Part shown: piece by piece, positions 14,400-28,614 of the stretch | How positions within the stretch are numbered: position 1 is the first letter of the stretch | Layout: every line of letters begins with the position of its first letter | NCBI GenBank assembly: GCA_009914755.4 | Contig: CP068257.2 | Span: 15,936,001-16,000,000, forward strand | Origin: the human T2T-CHM13v2.0 reference genome, Homo sapiens | Length of the DNA: 64,000 nucleotides | Direction: 5' to 3' | Notes under the pieces: generated by a model | Told to the model about the DNA's origin: nothing | The model's database searches: none | What the model saw: only the letters and a program-made list of their open reading frames with translations | Position numbers and translations under genes: made by a program

Positions 14400-15950
14400 G
14401 TCCCTCTTTTTTTATCTCACCCTTTATCTTCTTTATCTTAACCCTTCTCAAGGGCAACTGACACCAAACATTTTTTTAAATATACCTTTAGAGATATTCT
14501 ATCCACATCTATACACACTTTAAAAATATATATGTATACTGGATTGTATCCTGCTTTTTACATTTCATAATAATACATTTCAGAAACATATCAATACATA
14601 AAGATCCTTCTCATTTTTCTACAGCTAGATAGTATAGCAATGACTATAAATTAAATGGTCTCCTAGTAATGGGACATTGAGGCTGTTTTCAGTCTCTTAC
14701 TATTAAAAAAACAATGATACACAACGAACAAAACAATGCTGCAATGAATAACAGCACAGTTAATTCTAATAGAAGGCTTTATAGGCATATTTTCGTTTCT
14801 TTTGGTAAATATTTAATACTTAGGAGTGGAACTGCTGAGTAATAGAAGAGTTACACATTTAACGTTAAAAAGTTCCAGTTTTCCAAAGTAGTGGTACTAT
14901 TTTACATGACTAGCAAGTTTATGAATCTAGCTGCTTCACATCCTTGCTAACATTTCATGCTGTCAGGCTTTTAAATTGTGCAGTTCTGGAAGAACTAGTG
15001 TTTCATATGGATTTAATTTGCATTCCTCTGATCATAAATGAGGCCATTCACATAACTCCTTTTGTAAAGTGTTTATTCACATCTTTTGCTCCTCCTGCCC
15101 TTTTTTTGAGATTACAGCAGGATATGCCCATTATTTTTCATTGAATCATTTACCTTTTACTAGTGATTTGTGAGCGATTTTAAAAAAAGTATATTCTGGA
15201 AATAAGTCCTTTACAGATATATGTAATGAGAATATTTTGTCCTAGTCTATGGTTTGCCCATTTTCTTAATGGTTTCTTTGATGAACAAAAAGATGATTAA
15301 TTTTGATGAAGTCCAGTTTGTCAATTTTTTTCCCTTATTAGTTACTTTTTGTGACCCTCTAGAGGAAATATTTGCCTGTCACAAAATAAAGATTATATTT
15401 CCCTATGTTTTCTTCTAAAAGCGTCAGAGATTTATCTTTTATGTCTAGGTACACAATCCATCTCAAATCAATATTTTTGTGTATGGTGTCAGCTAAGTTA
15501 GGTTCGTTTTTTTTCCTACACAGATCATCCAGTTGTTTCAGCACAAGTTCTTGAAGACTTTCCCCATTGAATTGCTTTGGCACTTTTGTTAAAAGGGAGA
15601 AAAAAGACTAACTGTATGTATGTGGGTCTACTTCTGGACTCTCTATCCTGTGCCATCAATATATTTGTATGTTTTTAAACCATTACCACACTGTCTTGAT
15701 GAATATATAATAGCTTTGAATTAGTGTGAGCCCTCCAACTGATCCTCCTTTTTTAAAATTTTGAATCAATTTGTCACTTTCCAGAAAAAAACCTTTTAAG
15801 ATGTTCATTGATACTGAATTGGATCTACAGATCTATTTCAGGAGAACTGACACAATCTTCATTTCTTCGTTTTTTAAGATATGAATAATTCTTTATCCCC
15901 TCTCTTGGGATACCTTTTAGAAAACAGTAGAGAACAAAAATTCCAAGCTA
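14400..15950 (-). mobile_element. L1M-family (old L1) ORF2-region fragment
   Basis: The antisense L1 ORF2 text is visible on the plus strand (gttttccaaagtagtggtact.ttttacat..., tttaatttgcattcctctgatcataaatgaggc). Minus-strand ORF 15359-15583 resembles ORF2 (..LTLLEENIGK..). Confidence 0.7.
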
Positions 15951-16639
15951 GAAATTTTGTTGTCCTTATTTGATAAAACTTTTTTAAAGCTTGTGGCAAT
16001 GCCAGATTCAAGATACTAGAAAGAAGAAAATCAAAGTGGGCCATTTGCACTAGCTTTCACACAAGTAGTGTTTCTCTATTATAAAATGTTTTGCTAATGA
16101 GTATTAGGCCAAGGAGAAATGTTTTCCTTAAAAAGCACGTAAGAGACACCTCAATTTCCATACCTTTCTGTTATCCTAATAGTCTTTCAACATGAGGGAA
16201 AATAAATGCAATTTAATTTTAAAAGAAATCCTAAAAATTAAAGGTTAATTTGCTTGTAAAAAATTAGCAGCAATCAATTTAATTTGAGACTTACATTCTT
16301 GCTTAACAACAAATAAAATTCTGAGGTAAAATTGCCACACATTTGGATGAATTCCAGAAAATTCAATATACCTAATTTGCAATATATAATCCATCACACA
16401 GAGAAAAAAAATGCCTCAAATATTTATGGCAAGGTTTTTAAAAATGATCCTGAAGTACAAATACTATGTTTACTTATTTATATAGGGAATGTCTCTGGAA
16501 GGATACTAAAAAAAAGAAAAAAAAACCTGGTAATGAATGTCTCTGTGGAAATGCATAGGGACTGGTGGTTGGGGAGAAAGAGGACTTCTCACTATTATAC
16601 TGTCTTGTACTGTTTGAAGTTTCATAAAGCCAGGTACAT

Positions 16640-16676
16640 GTTATATACATATACATATACATACACATATACATAG
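16640..16676. repeat. (ATAC/ATACAT)n simple repeat
   Basis: Visible as atatacatatacatatacatacacatatacata. Confidence 0.85.
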
Positions 16677-17631
16677 AATCCTAAATTATGATAATCTTCA
16701 GAAATAATCTTCCCCTAAAGTCTAGGAAGAATAATTCAACTGAGAAAAAAATGAGAAACCAAAAATTAAGTTACACTGAAATAATGTTCATTATGTAAAT
16801 GTATGCTGAATTTAAAAGTTTAGTTTATCATACTAAAAGCTCCAATATTCTGCTTCTTACTCATTAGGTCTAAATTTTCATTTTCAGCTCAACCTTACCA
16901 CAAACCTGGTATGTTTCACATTTAATCAAAGCAAGTAAGTAAAAATAGATAACCTTTAAAAATTAGTAATAAGTACATTTACAGAATAAGGCTCAACTCA
17001 AAAAATCTCTTTAAATTGTTATGACTTTAAAATATCTTTCCTGTTGAAGAATGCTGTTTGGTCAACAATTTTTTAAAGTCGATTAAATGTTCTTTGGTAT
17101 GTAGATATAAATAGTAAATCAGTGAATGGATCTGTAAGTGCAGGCACACTAGCTATATGACTTTTCAACTAGTAAAGCAAAAAGGGAGACAATGTTTCAG
17201 CTTGAGTAAAATATTAATTATAATATAATAAATTTAGAGAGGTTTCTCTTTAATCATGGAACGGGAGAGAATAGAAAGTTAAACCCAAAGGTACAAAACA
17301 AAGTGTTACATACTACAAAAAATAAGTGGTAACTTTTGAATGAGATTTTAAAATATCAGGAATGTTTTACCATCATGAATTTTCTACTTTTTGCCAATTT
17401 TTCTGAAATATATTTATCCTAGTTATTGTATAGTGAAGCTGACCTTTGATAAAATGACTCAGGATGCCTATTTACGTGCCAGAGAAACAGCTTTCCCTTA
17501 GCATGGGGAAAGGCAAGAACTATTATCCAGAATCTCAAGTCAGAAACCTTGGGCAATGCCAAGTAGGACTACCTGAAAGGTCCTGGCAATCCCTGCACAT
17601 CCCTTTAAAACTGAGCTGTTTTCATGGTTAC

Positions 17632-17839
17632 CTGGTACACAGGACTTGCGGCTGCAGTCACCGAACTGGGTTTCACTTCCATTTCCTTACTTGTTTCTTC
17701 ATCTGAAGAAGAGGATCCTGAATGATAATCAGAGGTAACCTTATCAAGGGCCCTGGTAACTTTCCTGGAGATCTCATCCTTGTTCTCATCTTTATTTTCA
17801 AAGCTGGCAACAATGAATGCATTGTTTTTCTCTCCATAC
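17632..17839 (-). CDS. Internal coding exon of unidentified gene: (x)YGEKNNAFIVASFENKDENKDEISRKVTRALDKVTSDYHSGSSSSDEETSKEMEVKPSSVTAAASPVYQ
   Basis: The minus-strand acceptor is ttaattttattcttag|GTATGGAG and the donor is GTGTACCAG|gtaacc. The exon is 208 nt and open in one frame, and its 3' phase joins the 13352 exon in frame. Confidence 0.55.
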
Positions 17840-18199
17840 CTAAGAATAAAATTAAAAACTTACAAATCTTGAAGTCACATCAGCAAAGCAAAAAATGTCC
17901 ATAAAAACAAAGAGATCTGGACATGCCATCAATACAAGGCAAAGATTGAATCATCACAGAACTTGACCCTACACATTTAATATCCTAATACAGCTCAATG
18001 CCAGCAAGCAAACCACAGTTTTCTACTTCTGGTCTATTTAAGTATTCATAAACATCACCCCATTTTCTTTCCCTTATTTTCTTTCTACTAATTCCTAAAA
18101 AAAAAATTGTTTAAAACATCAAAAAAAGTCCATTGTTTTGATTACATTTTTGTATGTACCAATGAAATTGGTTGTACAATAAAACATTCTGATGTATTT

Positions 18200-18489
18200 T
18201 TATTTTTTTGAGATGGGTTTCACTCTGTTGCCCAGGCTGGAGTGCAGTGGCACAATCACAACTCACTGCAGACTCTACCTCCTGGGCTCAGGTGATCGAT
18301 CCTCCAACTTCAAACCTCCCAAGAGGCTGGGACTACAGGAGTGTACCACCATGCTCAGCTAATTTATATACATTTTTAGAGACAGGGTTTCACCATGTTG
18401 CTGAGGCTGGTCCCAAACTCCTAGGCTCAAGAGATCCACCCACTTCAGCTACCCAAAGTGCTAGAATTACAGGCATGCGCCACTGGCTG
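18200..18489 (-). mobile_element. Alu (older AluJ/S-like)
   Basis: Runs from a poly-T through gagatgggtttcactctgttgcccaggctggagtgcagtgg...caggcatgcgccac. Confidence 0.9.
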
Positions 18490-18794
18490 ATTTTTTTTTT
18501 TTTTTTTTTTGAGACGGAGTCTCACTCTGTTGCCCAGGCTGGAGTGCAATGGGTGCAATCTCGGCCCACTACAACCTCCACCTCCCAGGTGTTCAAGTGA
18601 TTCTCCTGCCTCAGCCTCCTAAGTAGCTGGGATTACAGGTGCCCACCACCACGCCCAGCTAATTTTTGTATTTTTAGTAGAGATGAGGTTTCACCATGCT
18701 GGCCAGGCTGGTCTTGAACTCCTGACCTCAGGTGATCCACCCGCCTCGGCCTCCCAAAGTGCTGGGTTTATAGGCGTGAGCCATCACGCCCAGC
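18490..18794 (-). mobile_element. Alu (AluS-like), head-to-tail with the previous Alu
   Basis: Runs from poly-T(21) through gagacggagtctcactctgttgcccaggctgg...ggcgtgagccatcacgcccagcc. Confidence 0.9.
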
Positions 18795-19554
18795 CCCAGC
18801 TGTACTTATAAATGTAACATATATGCTAGTAATTCAAGTCACAGATCAACTAGAAATTTCCTATAAAATTGACTTTAACCCCAATTAAATAAAAAAGGGG
18901 GCCTGTTATTTATACTCACAAAAATGAGAACTGAGGCAGTTATTGAGATTAAAGAAAAAAGATAGTTGTTGAAGAATATAGAGGTTTTGCTTAAATTATA
19001 TTGCTTACTTCAGAGTTTCCTAGGATAACTACTCACCTCTCATCTTAATTTTTTTTAAGGTAAGATGAAAAAATCTTGTTATTCTTCCAAAACATTTTTG
19101 AAGATTTTTGATTTTTTTTAAGTTGTCAAAATATGTAACATATGCTGCTGGTTACTTAAAAAAAAATTCTGAACTGTAGGAAAATAGTGTAATAAACTCA
19201 AGTAAAACCAAGAGTTTTTATTCAGTGGACATAGGAGAAATCCACAAATCTATTTAAATAGATTGCACAGTGTCAACACTATCAAACAATTTCTAGCATC
19301 AGGACAAAGGATATTGTTAAGCGGTTCTTACAAAACACATACAGTTAGAAATGTAATTAAAGTGATTCTAAGTTTGAAAAAAGATAAAAATAAGTAACTC
19401 TAAGTAGAAATAATGTCAAGCTTTTGATTCAATAGTTAGCTGAAGTTAATTCATTTCAAGATAGCACTCGTCTCAAATTATTTCTGAATCAGAATGGTTA
19501 TCTATTATAAAGTAAAAGGCTTAACTGCTATAAAGCCTTTGAAAATGTACATGA

Positions 19555-19710
19555 GGCTGGGTGCAGTGGCTTACACCTGTAATTCCAGCACTTCAGGAGG
19601 CCTAGGTGGGCAGACTGCTTGAGCCCAGGAATTTGAGACCAGTCTGGGTAACATGGTGAGACCCTGTCTCTCAAAAAAACAAAAAAACAAGAACAAAAAA
19701 TTAAAAAAAC
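19555..19710 (+). mobile_element. Alu left-monomer-only element (FLAM-like)
   Basis: Matches ggctgggtgcagtggcttacacctgtaattccagcacttcaggagg..gagaccctgtctc followed by an A-rich tail. Confidence 0.75.
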
Positions 19711-19896
19711 AGAAAAGAAAATGTATGTGGAAATCTAGCAGTCTCAGAGATCACACATAGATGAGTTCTATTTCTTCAGATAGCTATGCTGTCTTCCATT
19801 CCTATAGGCCAAATGAAACTATAAATACTACTTAAATATAGTACATAACTTCGCTTTTGTATTCTTTTTTAGTTTACCTCATAAAAGTTGCTACAG

Positions 19897-20232
<336 letters not shown>

Positions 20233-20390
20233 TCATTCTGGCTCTGCCACTGACTAGCTTGGTCACCAGAGGCAAGTCACTTAATTTCCCTAGGCCTTAG
20301 TTTCCTATATGCTGGACGAGGAAGCTGGAGCTGGCTAGATAGTGGTTGATCTACGGCTGGTGACTCTTCGTAGTATAAAATACCTAAACA

Positions 20391-20565
20391 GAAGCTGGAC
20401 ATGGTAGCTTACATCTATAATTCTAGTACTTTGGAAGGTCAAGGCAGGAAGATTGCTTGAGCCCAGGAGTTCACAATTATAGTGAGCTATGATCATGCCA
20501 CCGCATTCCAGCCTGGACAACACAGCAAGACCCTCTCTCTAAAACAAAACAAAACAAACAAAAAA
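20391..20565 (+). mobile_element. Alu with internal deletion (AluJ-like)
   Basis: Contains gctggacatggtagcttacatctataattctagtactttggaaggtcaaggcagg...ccagcctggacaacacagcaagaccctctctc followed by a (caaaa)n tail. Confidence 0.8.
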
Positions 20566-23178
20566 TAAATTCCTAAACAATTGAGTTCCTCACAACATAA
20601 AATTTGTGTTCTCTAATTTCAAGTTTACTTAGCATAAGGTTTTAGCAATACACATTTACTCCATGTCCCCTCCACAGTTGGAAGACTCAACAAATTTCAA
20701 GACAATCAAGGGTTAATTCATGTGTTAATGACACTAATATAACAATGACTTAGGCCTATCTTCAGTTTTGCCCATTAATGGAATCAAAATTCAAAAATGG
20801 AAAGGCAAGAAATTTGAGAAAAATTCCTGCCTTTGTAAACAGAAACCTCAACCAAGGGCAAATATCTAATGATTGAAGGATCAGCATTATTAACTCAGAT
20901 TTCTTTGACACCTAGTTTGGTTCTGCATTTTTCCCTTTGTACTATTTTGGTATGAAGGCTCTCTCTTCATGGTAAGAGAAGCTGCTGACTATACTACTAT
21001 AACATTACAATGTGCAGTCGATATCTTAGGAGAATTAGTAGACACCTGGACAACTTTTAAACTTTCCATTTTTCAATGATCACTGATAAAACATCAAGGC
21101 TAATTTAGTTATTTAGAAACAATCAATAGTATTTAACACTCTATTGGGGAAAAAAAAGGATGGCAGAAATCACCAAAAAAAAAAAAAGTTGTAAAATATG
21201 TTGAGTAGATAAGCTGGCATCTGTTCTCAGAACTTCTCATCATAGGCAAGATTTATTTTCTATTCTGTATCACGAAGTGATAACCTTTCTAACTATATGG
21301 CACTCTTTGTACTCTTGCAGCATTTTATTCTATCAGAGTAAGTGAAGACTATGAAGAATGTTCTCAGTGCATCTCAATTTTTTTTTACAATCTTAGTCTC
21401 TAGTATACCAATGAGTTATTATTTTTAAAGATTCTCAGATATTTGATCAATTGTATACTTGCTAGATCAGCTTTAATTTTCAAAATATCTATGTTTCCAG
21501 TTTTGGTGAAAAAATATTTCTCAATGTCTTTTTCTTCTGTTAACTTATATCAACCACCTCTACTAAACGATTAATACGTCTTTCTTTTTGGGGTTCTGTT
21601 ATTGAATGAACACCTGACACTCGCAGGTGATTTCTATTAGCTGTGAAAAAAATCACATCAGAGCCAATTTTTGGCAAATTTACATATAAATTAGAAGCCT
21701 ACTGAATGAAAAGGTTTTCTAAGATTAATAAGATGAAAGCAAAGTAGCAGTTTTTTCCTACCAGGCATCATCAAGTAATGAAATGTCTACTGAAGTAGAA
21801 TGTCCGTATAACTAAAGTTTTTATGTTCAGGTACTGAGACTTATTTTAAGCATTTTAAATACATAGGTCCAAAATGTTTATATAATTATGTAACTTGTTA
21901 AACATCCTTGGACATAAAAACTTTCCCCTGATGGTTTAGGATCATTATATTGAACGTAAACTATTTGATTGTGTGATAACATAATCGTGCTGATTTTTTA
22001 GCTTTTTCATTTTTGCCTCTATGTCAGACCACATGACATTTTTTGGTAGCGTCTGACTCATCAACCCTCTTTAAAATGCTGCTTCTCACATTTCATGGGT
22101 TAAGAAACCACACAACTAACTTAACTGTGTGTTAAATAGGAGCCAACTAGGATCTAAGTGCAGGTCAAATTAAAAAGTAAACAATTCAATATAGTAGCTT
22201 TTTGACAGCTATTTCTTATAAATGGAGGTCTTCTGCACAGGTTCAGTGGCCAAAGTTTTCCAAGTCTGAAACTAGCCTAAAGCAGGTCCTTAATTAGTCC
22301 CAGAATCTAAAAATGTTTATTTTCTCAGACCTAAATTTGAGATAGCTTGCTCCTTTTCTACCCGAGAAAGAAGTATTGGAGAATGTTTATCACAAACCTC
22401 TACCACCTACATCTGGTTTCCAAAAGCAATAAACTTACACCAACCACTGGCAAATCAGGTAGTAACCTCAAGCGGTGGTCCTGACAAAATTTAATGGAAG
22501 AATAATCATGTAATTCATCTCTCCTGTCTTCACCTCCACCTTCATTGCTGGAATCAGGTCAGTCTGCGACCACCTTAGGAGTACATAGTTAGGGTTCCTT
22601 CAAAAAGCAACTTTACTACAATCAATAAAGAGGCCAGGTGGTCAGGTGAATTGTACCTCAAAACCAAATAGAAACATCCTAAAGGCAGAGCCACAGGAAA
22701 ATTCTTGCAGGAATTCCATGCCTCTGTTCATCTTCTTCCTGCTAGTTAGAACATCCTTCCCACCTTGTCACCTGGTCAACCATGGCTCATCCTTCACCTC
22801 CCAGCTCAAGTATCACCTACTCAGTAGTCTCCTGACTCCTCACCAGATGCAGTAACTTTCTACTTTGTGCAACCTACCACTGCATTTTGTACACATTTCT
22901 AACATAAATCAGATAACAATGTAATTTGCTTACTTTTCTTCTCAATTTCAAACTGAATTACCTAAAAGCAGAATGTTGCTTTCGTTTTTGAAAACCCTAC
23001 AACTGAGAGTGCCTGGTCCACAAATAATGGTTTTTGAGCAAGTGGAGTTCAAAAAGATTTCATACCTAGCACTGATCTTTCACAACTCTATTCATTAGGA
23101 GATGTGAAAAATAACTTCCATTATAAAAATAAAACCACGAAGTATCACTCAGTCACTTACATAATCAAAAAGGAGGAG

Positions 23179-23516
<338 letters not shown>

Positions 23517-25204
23517 TTATCCAGTATTATTTGGGATTAGCTTCTTAATTTGAAGACAGACAAGTGCACCACCAATTAAAGATAATAGACACCTAGCGGA
23601 ATCTAGGTGTCTACTTCTTGGTCTACAATAAGCTTCTTGGCAAAGCACTACTAGAAAACCCCCGCCTAATCAGTTTCTTTTTTCGGCTATAAAGCAGAAA
23701 TCTAACTAGTCCTTCAACATCACCTCCAGAAAAGTATTTCATAAAATTTACATCTGAGAGAGTTAAACCACCAGCTCCTGGCCATAAAGATACACAGGCA
23801 GGCCGTACATGACAGAATGTCATAAAATTAGTTCCAGCATGGTCATCAGTTCAGCCTCTAAACTTGAGAACTCACCGACAGCACACCTCACATGGGTCCA
23901 CCCAGAGAGTGAGCTCCTTTGGCAAGCCCAGGTCACTATACAAGATGCAGCTGTTTTCACAGGCTTTCAGGACATCAGGATCAACTCTCTGAAATTTATT
24001 GACACGAATACATCTACAACAAAGTGGAGTTACGTTAATGGATTTAAATGAATTTAATCATAAACGCCGTAATATCTATTCATACTTGCCAAGGTGAGTA
24101 ATAAAATAGTAATAAAAAAATACCCTGGTAGAGAACCTAGGAGCATATCTATCCTAAACAGATAATAAATGTGAACTACAGGCACAGAGGCAGCCTGAAA
24201 AAAAGATGGCACCTATGTGAGCCCAAGGAAATCACTAGTACTGGGTCTACCTCAGTCTACCCAGAGACTTGACCACCCATGTACATTAAATGAGCACGGA
24301 GTATGAAAGTTGCACGAAATTTTAGAACTCTGAAGGTAAAAGTTTCTATAGGCCAAGTTCCTATACAAAAAAATCTCTAACAAAAGGCCTCATCTAATGT
24401 TTCAGATGGTATTTGGAAATGCTTACGACAAATTCTGATCTGTCATTAACTTGCTTTTATATCTCAGATAGTAAAGTGGTAAGAGGACACCCTTGCTTTA
24501 CCTATAATTGTTCTATAAATACAGGATAAGTGAAGGACACAGATTCATTCATATCATATACTTATGATTAAAATACCTAACTAACATGTTATTGGCTTAT
24601 TTCATTTAACTTCTATTTACCCAAGCACTTTTATTTAAATAGTTGTCAAAATTAAGTGAGGAAAATTTCTAAACCAATAAAGCCTCTGTCCCATCTTTTT
24701 TTAACCTATTATACGACATCTACCTAATGGAATGTTTAATAAATAAAAAATATGCATTCTGTTAAATGATAAGCATTCTGATTAAGTAGGGAAATAGGGC
24801 CTATGAAGGAAAAGTATTTACTGCCTACAATCAAGAATCAATCAAGAGAACTTGGATTTCAGCACTAATCCTACTATTTATCAGGTAAGCCTAGTTAAGT
24901 CACTGTACCTCTTCCTCAGACCTGTAACTATAAAACATGGAAATACAAGTTAATTGATGAATAGTAATTACGCTGTAAAATACAATGATATAAAGACTAA
25001 TGTGCTATTTAAAGTTTTTGTAAAAGTTAAATTATTAGTTGGTTTTAATTTCTATTTAAAAAATGAAAAAGTTCTCAACAGGTAATAGGAATAAGTGTTT
25101 CTACATAATAATATTAACAATAATAACCATTTTAAAAAATTTATTATGCAATGGACAATTTCCTAAATGCTTTGCATGTATTAACTCTTAATTCTCATGA
25201 TCAT

Positions 25205-25350
25205 CCTGTGAGTTAGATACTTTTTTCCTCAGCATAAAGAAAAAAGGAGGCAGAGAGAGTTTGAGTAACTTCCCAACATTACACAGCTACTAAGTGATGG
25301 ATCTAGGGTTCAAATCCAGGCCACTAGACTCCAAAGAGCAAGTTATTTCC
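25205..25350 (+). mobile_element. MIR SINE core fragment
   Basis: Matches the MIR core: gagtttgagtaacttcccaacattacacagctactaagtgatggatctagggttcaaatccaggcc. Confidence 0.7.
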
Positions 25351-27100
25351 TTAATACTCAACCCTGTATATACGTACCTATCTTAGCGTCACCATTAACA
25401 ATATAACAAAGGCAAAGTGAGAAAAATTATTTTCTAGTATGTAAAATACTGCTTAGTCCTTTTAAAAACATGGTCTTATGCTATAGATTCTAATATTGTA
25501 TAGGGTAATTTGAAAGATCCCATGTGCTCTGGGACCAAAAGCAGTTAAGGATAAAAAGATATATCTTAGATGTATGTGTTTTTCTTATCTACAATTAAGG
25601 TGATACAGGCTCTAAGCTTACAAATTATATATAAATATAGATGCTTAAACAGAGACTATGCTTCAACAAAATCTGCATACCTTACATGTTTTGTACTATT
25701 TTTTTTCACTCTACATACTACTTATCCATTAACTACTCTTCAAAAACAAAATTTTAAAAGTTGCATAAAAATATTCTATCATTTACTTAATGTTGACAGT
25801 TTAGTTCTTTCCATTTTTGCAATTACAAAGTGTAAGAGACATCCATATTCATACATGTTCGTCTGCATTTCTAATTATACTTCTAGAATAGATTCTTGGG
25901 AGACTTACTGTTCAAAAGGTATGAATATTTTTATAGATCTTGATAATATTGCCAAATTGCTCTCTACAAGTATCTTATTTATATTGCAGAAAAACAATTT
26001 CAACTTACAAACATTTTGTAAGAGAAAGAACACTCCACCTATTCTACAGACTGAAGTCTCTACTAACTTGGTTAATCTTATATTCTATTCATTTTTATAA
26101 TAGTAACAACCCACTATTTTTTCTACTTCAAATACAGCTTTAAAATGACTCAGTAATGATACTTCTGATCACATGCCAATTTAATCGTTTCAGTTTTTTT
26201 CTCAAGTTTTTAGAATTAATGGAAATGAAATTGTACACTGTCTGACCTTTAAATATTTACTTGACAGTGCCTCCTTTTTCAGTAATAGTATGGTGGCTTG
26301 GCACTTCCAAAAAGCCTTCATCCAATGTCAGTTAAATCAGAGTAAAAAGCCTCAACAGTTCTAACTTAACGAAAGCTGTTCACTCTATTGGAAATGAAAA
26401 TATGCAAAAAAAAAATTAAGATAATCAAGAGATAAGATAAAAAATGACTTGAGCCTGTGTTAGCGTGCACATTTCTATTTTAATTCATTTTCCAATTTAC
26501 TGGAAACCTCTTTGGATTAAAAATGAAAAGGAAAATAAACTATTTTGATTCTCTTCTTGTCAATAGAACACAAGCTCACTTGACTTTCAGTACATGAGAA
26601 ATTAGCAAATAATATGTTTACCTCCTTTTTAGACTCCTTGAATAGTGCTGTACTTGCAAGAGCCCAGTGGCAGAAAGGAAGTCCTTCTGACATCAAAGCA
26701 CAAAGTGTTGATTTGTGTAGGAAACTTTGGGGACATCAATATACACAAATAAAAGAGTATTTCTGTAGTTATCACTATAGTCACTGTTCCACTTTTATTT
26801 CTCGTGGCCACATCCACAAAATGGGACAATGTTTGGCAGCTGAGTTTAGCAGAACATTCTCAACTGAGGTTCCTGAGCAGTCACATAAATACTACAGTGA
26901 GCATGCCAGGGCATGTTTTATAGGAGTCTGCTCTTCTTTACTTTAAGCTGTAAATGTACCTTATAAAGCAGAGTACAAAAGACAGCTCCAAGTGAGAATT
27001 ACCTTCGTTCTCAGTGCCAAAACAGTGGTAACACTGTGGTGTGCAGAAAGCCCATGAAAACATGGGGTCATGTAGACCTGAGTTCAAATCCCAGAACCTT

Positions 27101-27401
27101 GGCCAGGCATGGTGGCTCACGCCTGTAATCCTCACATTCTGGGAGGCAAAGGGAGAAGATCGCGTGAGGCCAGGAGTTTGAAACTCACCTGGGTAACACA
27201 GCAAGATCCCATCTATACAAAAAAAAATTTGTTTTTAAATTAGCCTGGTGTGTTGGCACATGTCTATAATCCTAGCTACTTTGGAGTCTGAGGCAGTAGG
27301 ATTGCTTGAGCCCAGGAGTTTGAGGCTGCAGTGAGCTATGGTTATACCACTGCACTCTAGACTGGGTGACAGAGCAAAAACAATACCACAAAAAAAAAAA
27401 A
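27101..27401 (+). mobile_element. Alu (old AluJ-like)
   Basis: Runs ggccaggcatggtggctcacgcctgtaatcctcacattctgggagg...ccactgcactctagactgggtgacagagcaaaa followed by poly-A. Confidence 0.9.
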
Positions 27402-28614
27402 CTCCCAGAAAAGCAAATCCCAGAGCCATTATTTACTAGTCGTGGATCACAGGTGAGTCACATTCATCTAGAAAATAGTTACACTGACTTCTACCACAAA
27501 TATATAAATGAGATTATTCTTGTATTAACGACATATCAGGTGTCTGATAATCTTAGTTCCCTTTTTCCATACTTTTTTTTTTTTCAAAGAACATATAACA
27601 TGTAATTTACTTTTAGATGCAAGATTCACTTCTTTCAACTCCTACCATGCCCATTAATGTGTTATTAGGGGTCCTCTAGAATTGTGAAAATCCCTAAGTA
27701 TTTGTGATAAACAGAAATGCACTGTTAGGAGCCAGGCTATAACCACAAAAGACTAACTCCTTTGACCCCATAGCATTGGCCTCCTGTGTCCAGGCAGTGG
27801 GACTCCACCACTCCGCCAACAAATACTTGTTTTAAAATGAGTAAGGAGAAAATATACAAACACCCCAGAGTTCTATATTTTGCAGATGAAACACCTGTAG
27901 GCATGGTCTGCACACCCTTCAATCATCCGGCCTTGAACCCACCTCAGGGGTTGATCAGCCTCTGCTTAATCCAATCTAATCCTTTACCTGTAGGCCTGTC
28001 CTTTCGATGGTTTTTCTGGATACCAGTGATTTTTATATTTTTCTTGAAGTATTAGGGTCAATTTCTCAGCAAACCTCTCAACTGCCTCTTTTTTCAACTT
28101 ATCATGTTTTCGAACTAGCCTTGTGAAAAAGAAGACAACGGCAGCAATTTCATTCTTCATTTTTTTCCCTGCAAAGATAAAACATGTTTTCTCAGAAAAA
28201 CAAAATATAAAAACTGGGAAGATGAAGCTCTGTAAGATATACCTCCTTTACAGCTCTCCCCTTCCTCCTTCCAATTTTATCTTGTATTTCTTTGGCTTAT
28301 ATCTGAAGTAGAGAACAATCTACTTATCTTTATGCCATAAAGGCCTTATTATAAAATACTACTTAAAAATCTTATCACTTAGCTTCATGAAGAAATTCCA
28401 TAAAGATAGCACGTTGCTCCTGTTGGCTAAAATAAAACCACACCTATCAGTAAAAGAGAAGCACTATAATAAATGATACGACATAGATGTTACTGTGTGT
28501 GTCAATATTTAGCTGCAATAATCTAAGTTTAAAATTCTGTGAAATGATTTGAACTTTAAAACATAAAAAAAGTCTACTTTAAAATCTAGAACTGTAGAGC
28601 TATTTTATAACAGA

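Noticed and set aside
18208-18600. ORFs such as 18208-18600, 47484-47912, 19914-20180, 56187-56459 and 3580-3873.
   Set aside because: They sit entirely within Alu elements (translations read ..[10 protein letters not shown].., ..HHVAQAGLELL..). These are the well-known spurious Alu reading frames.
19021-19045. A strong GGTGAGT donor motif on the minus strand near 19030, and an 11-nt micro-exon candidate near 18925, as the missing upstream exon.
   Set aside because: There is no adjacent acceptor with a polypyrimidine tract and no open coding frame, so these are chance matches to the donor consensus. The exon or exons between 17.8 kb and the promoter remain unlocated.
23623-23823. Minus-strand ORF (..GAGGLTLSDVNFMKYFSGGDVEGLVRFLLYSRKKK..) that looked mildly protein-like.
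   Set aside because: There is no usable donor at its 3' end and no clear acceptor support. It terminates directly in a stop and has no recognisable domain. I kept it out of the feature list.
25570-26100. A 176-aa plus-strand ORF in AT-rich sequence.
   Set aside because: It has no splice signals, a low-complexity and AT-biased composition (FLFFTL..), and no Kozak context. Long stop-free stretches are expected by chance in AT-rich intronic DNA when reading in the T-rich frame.
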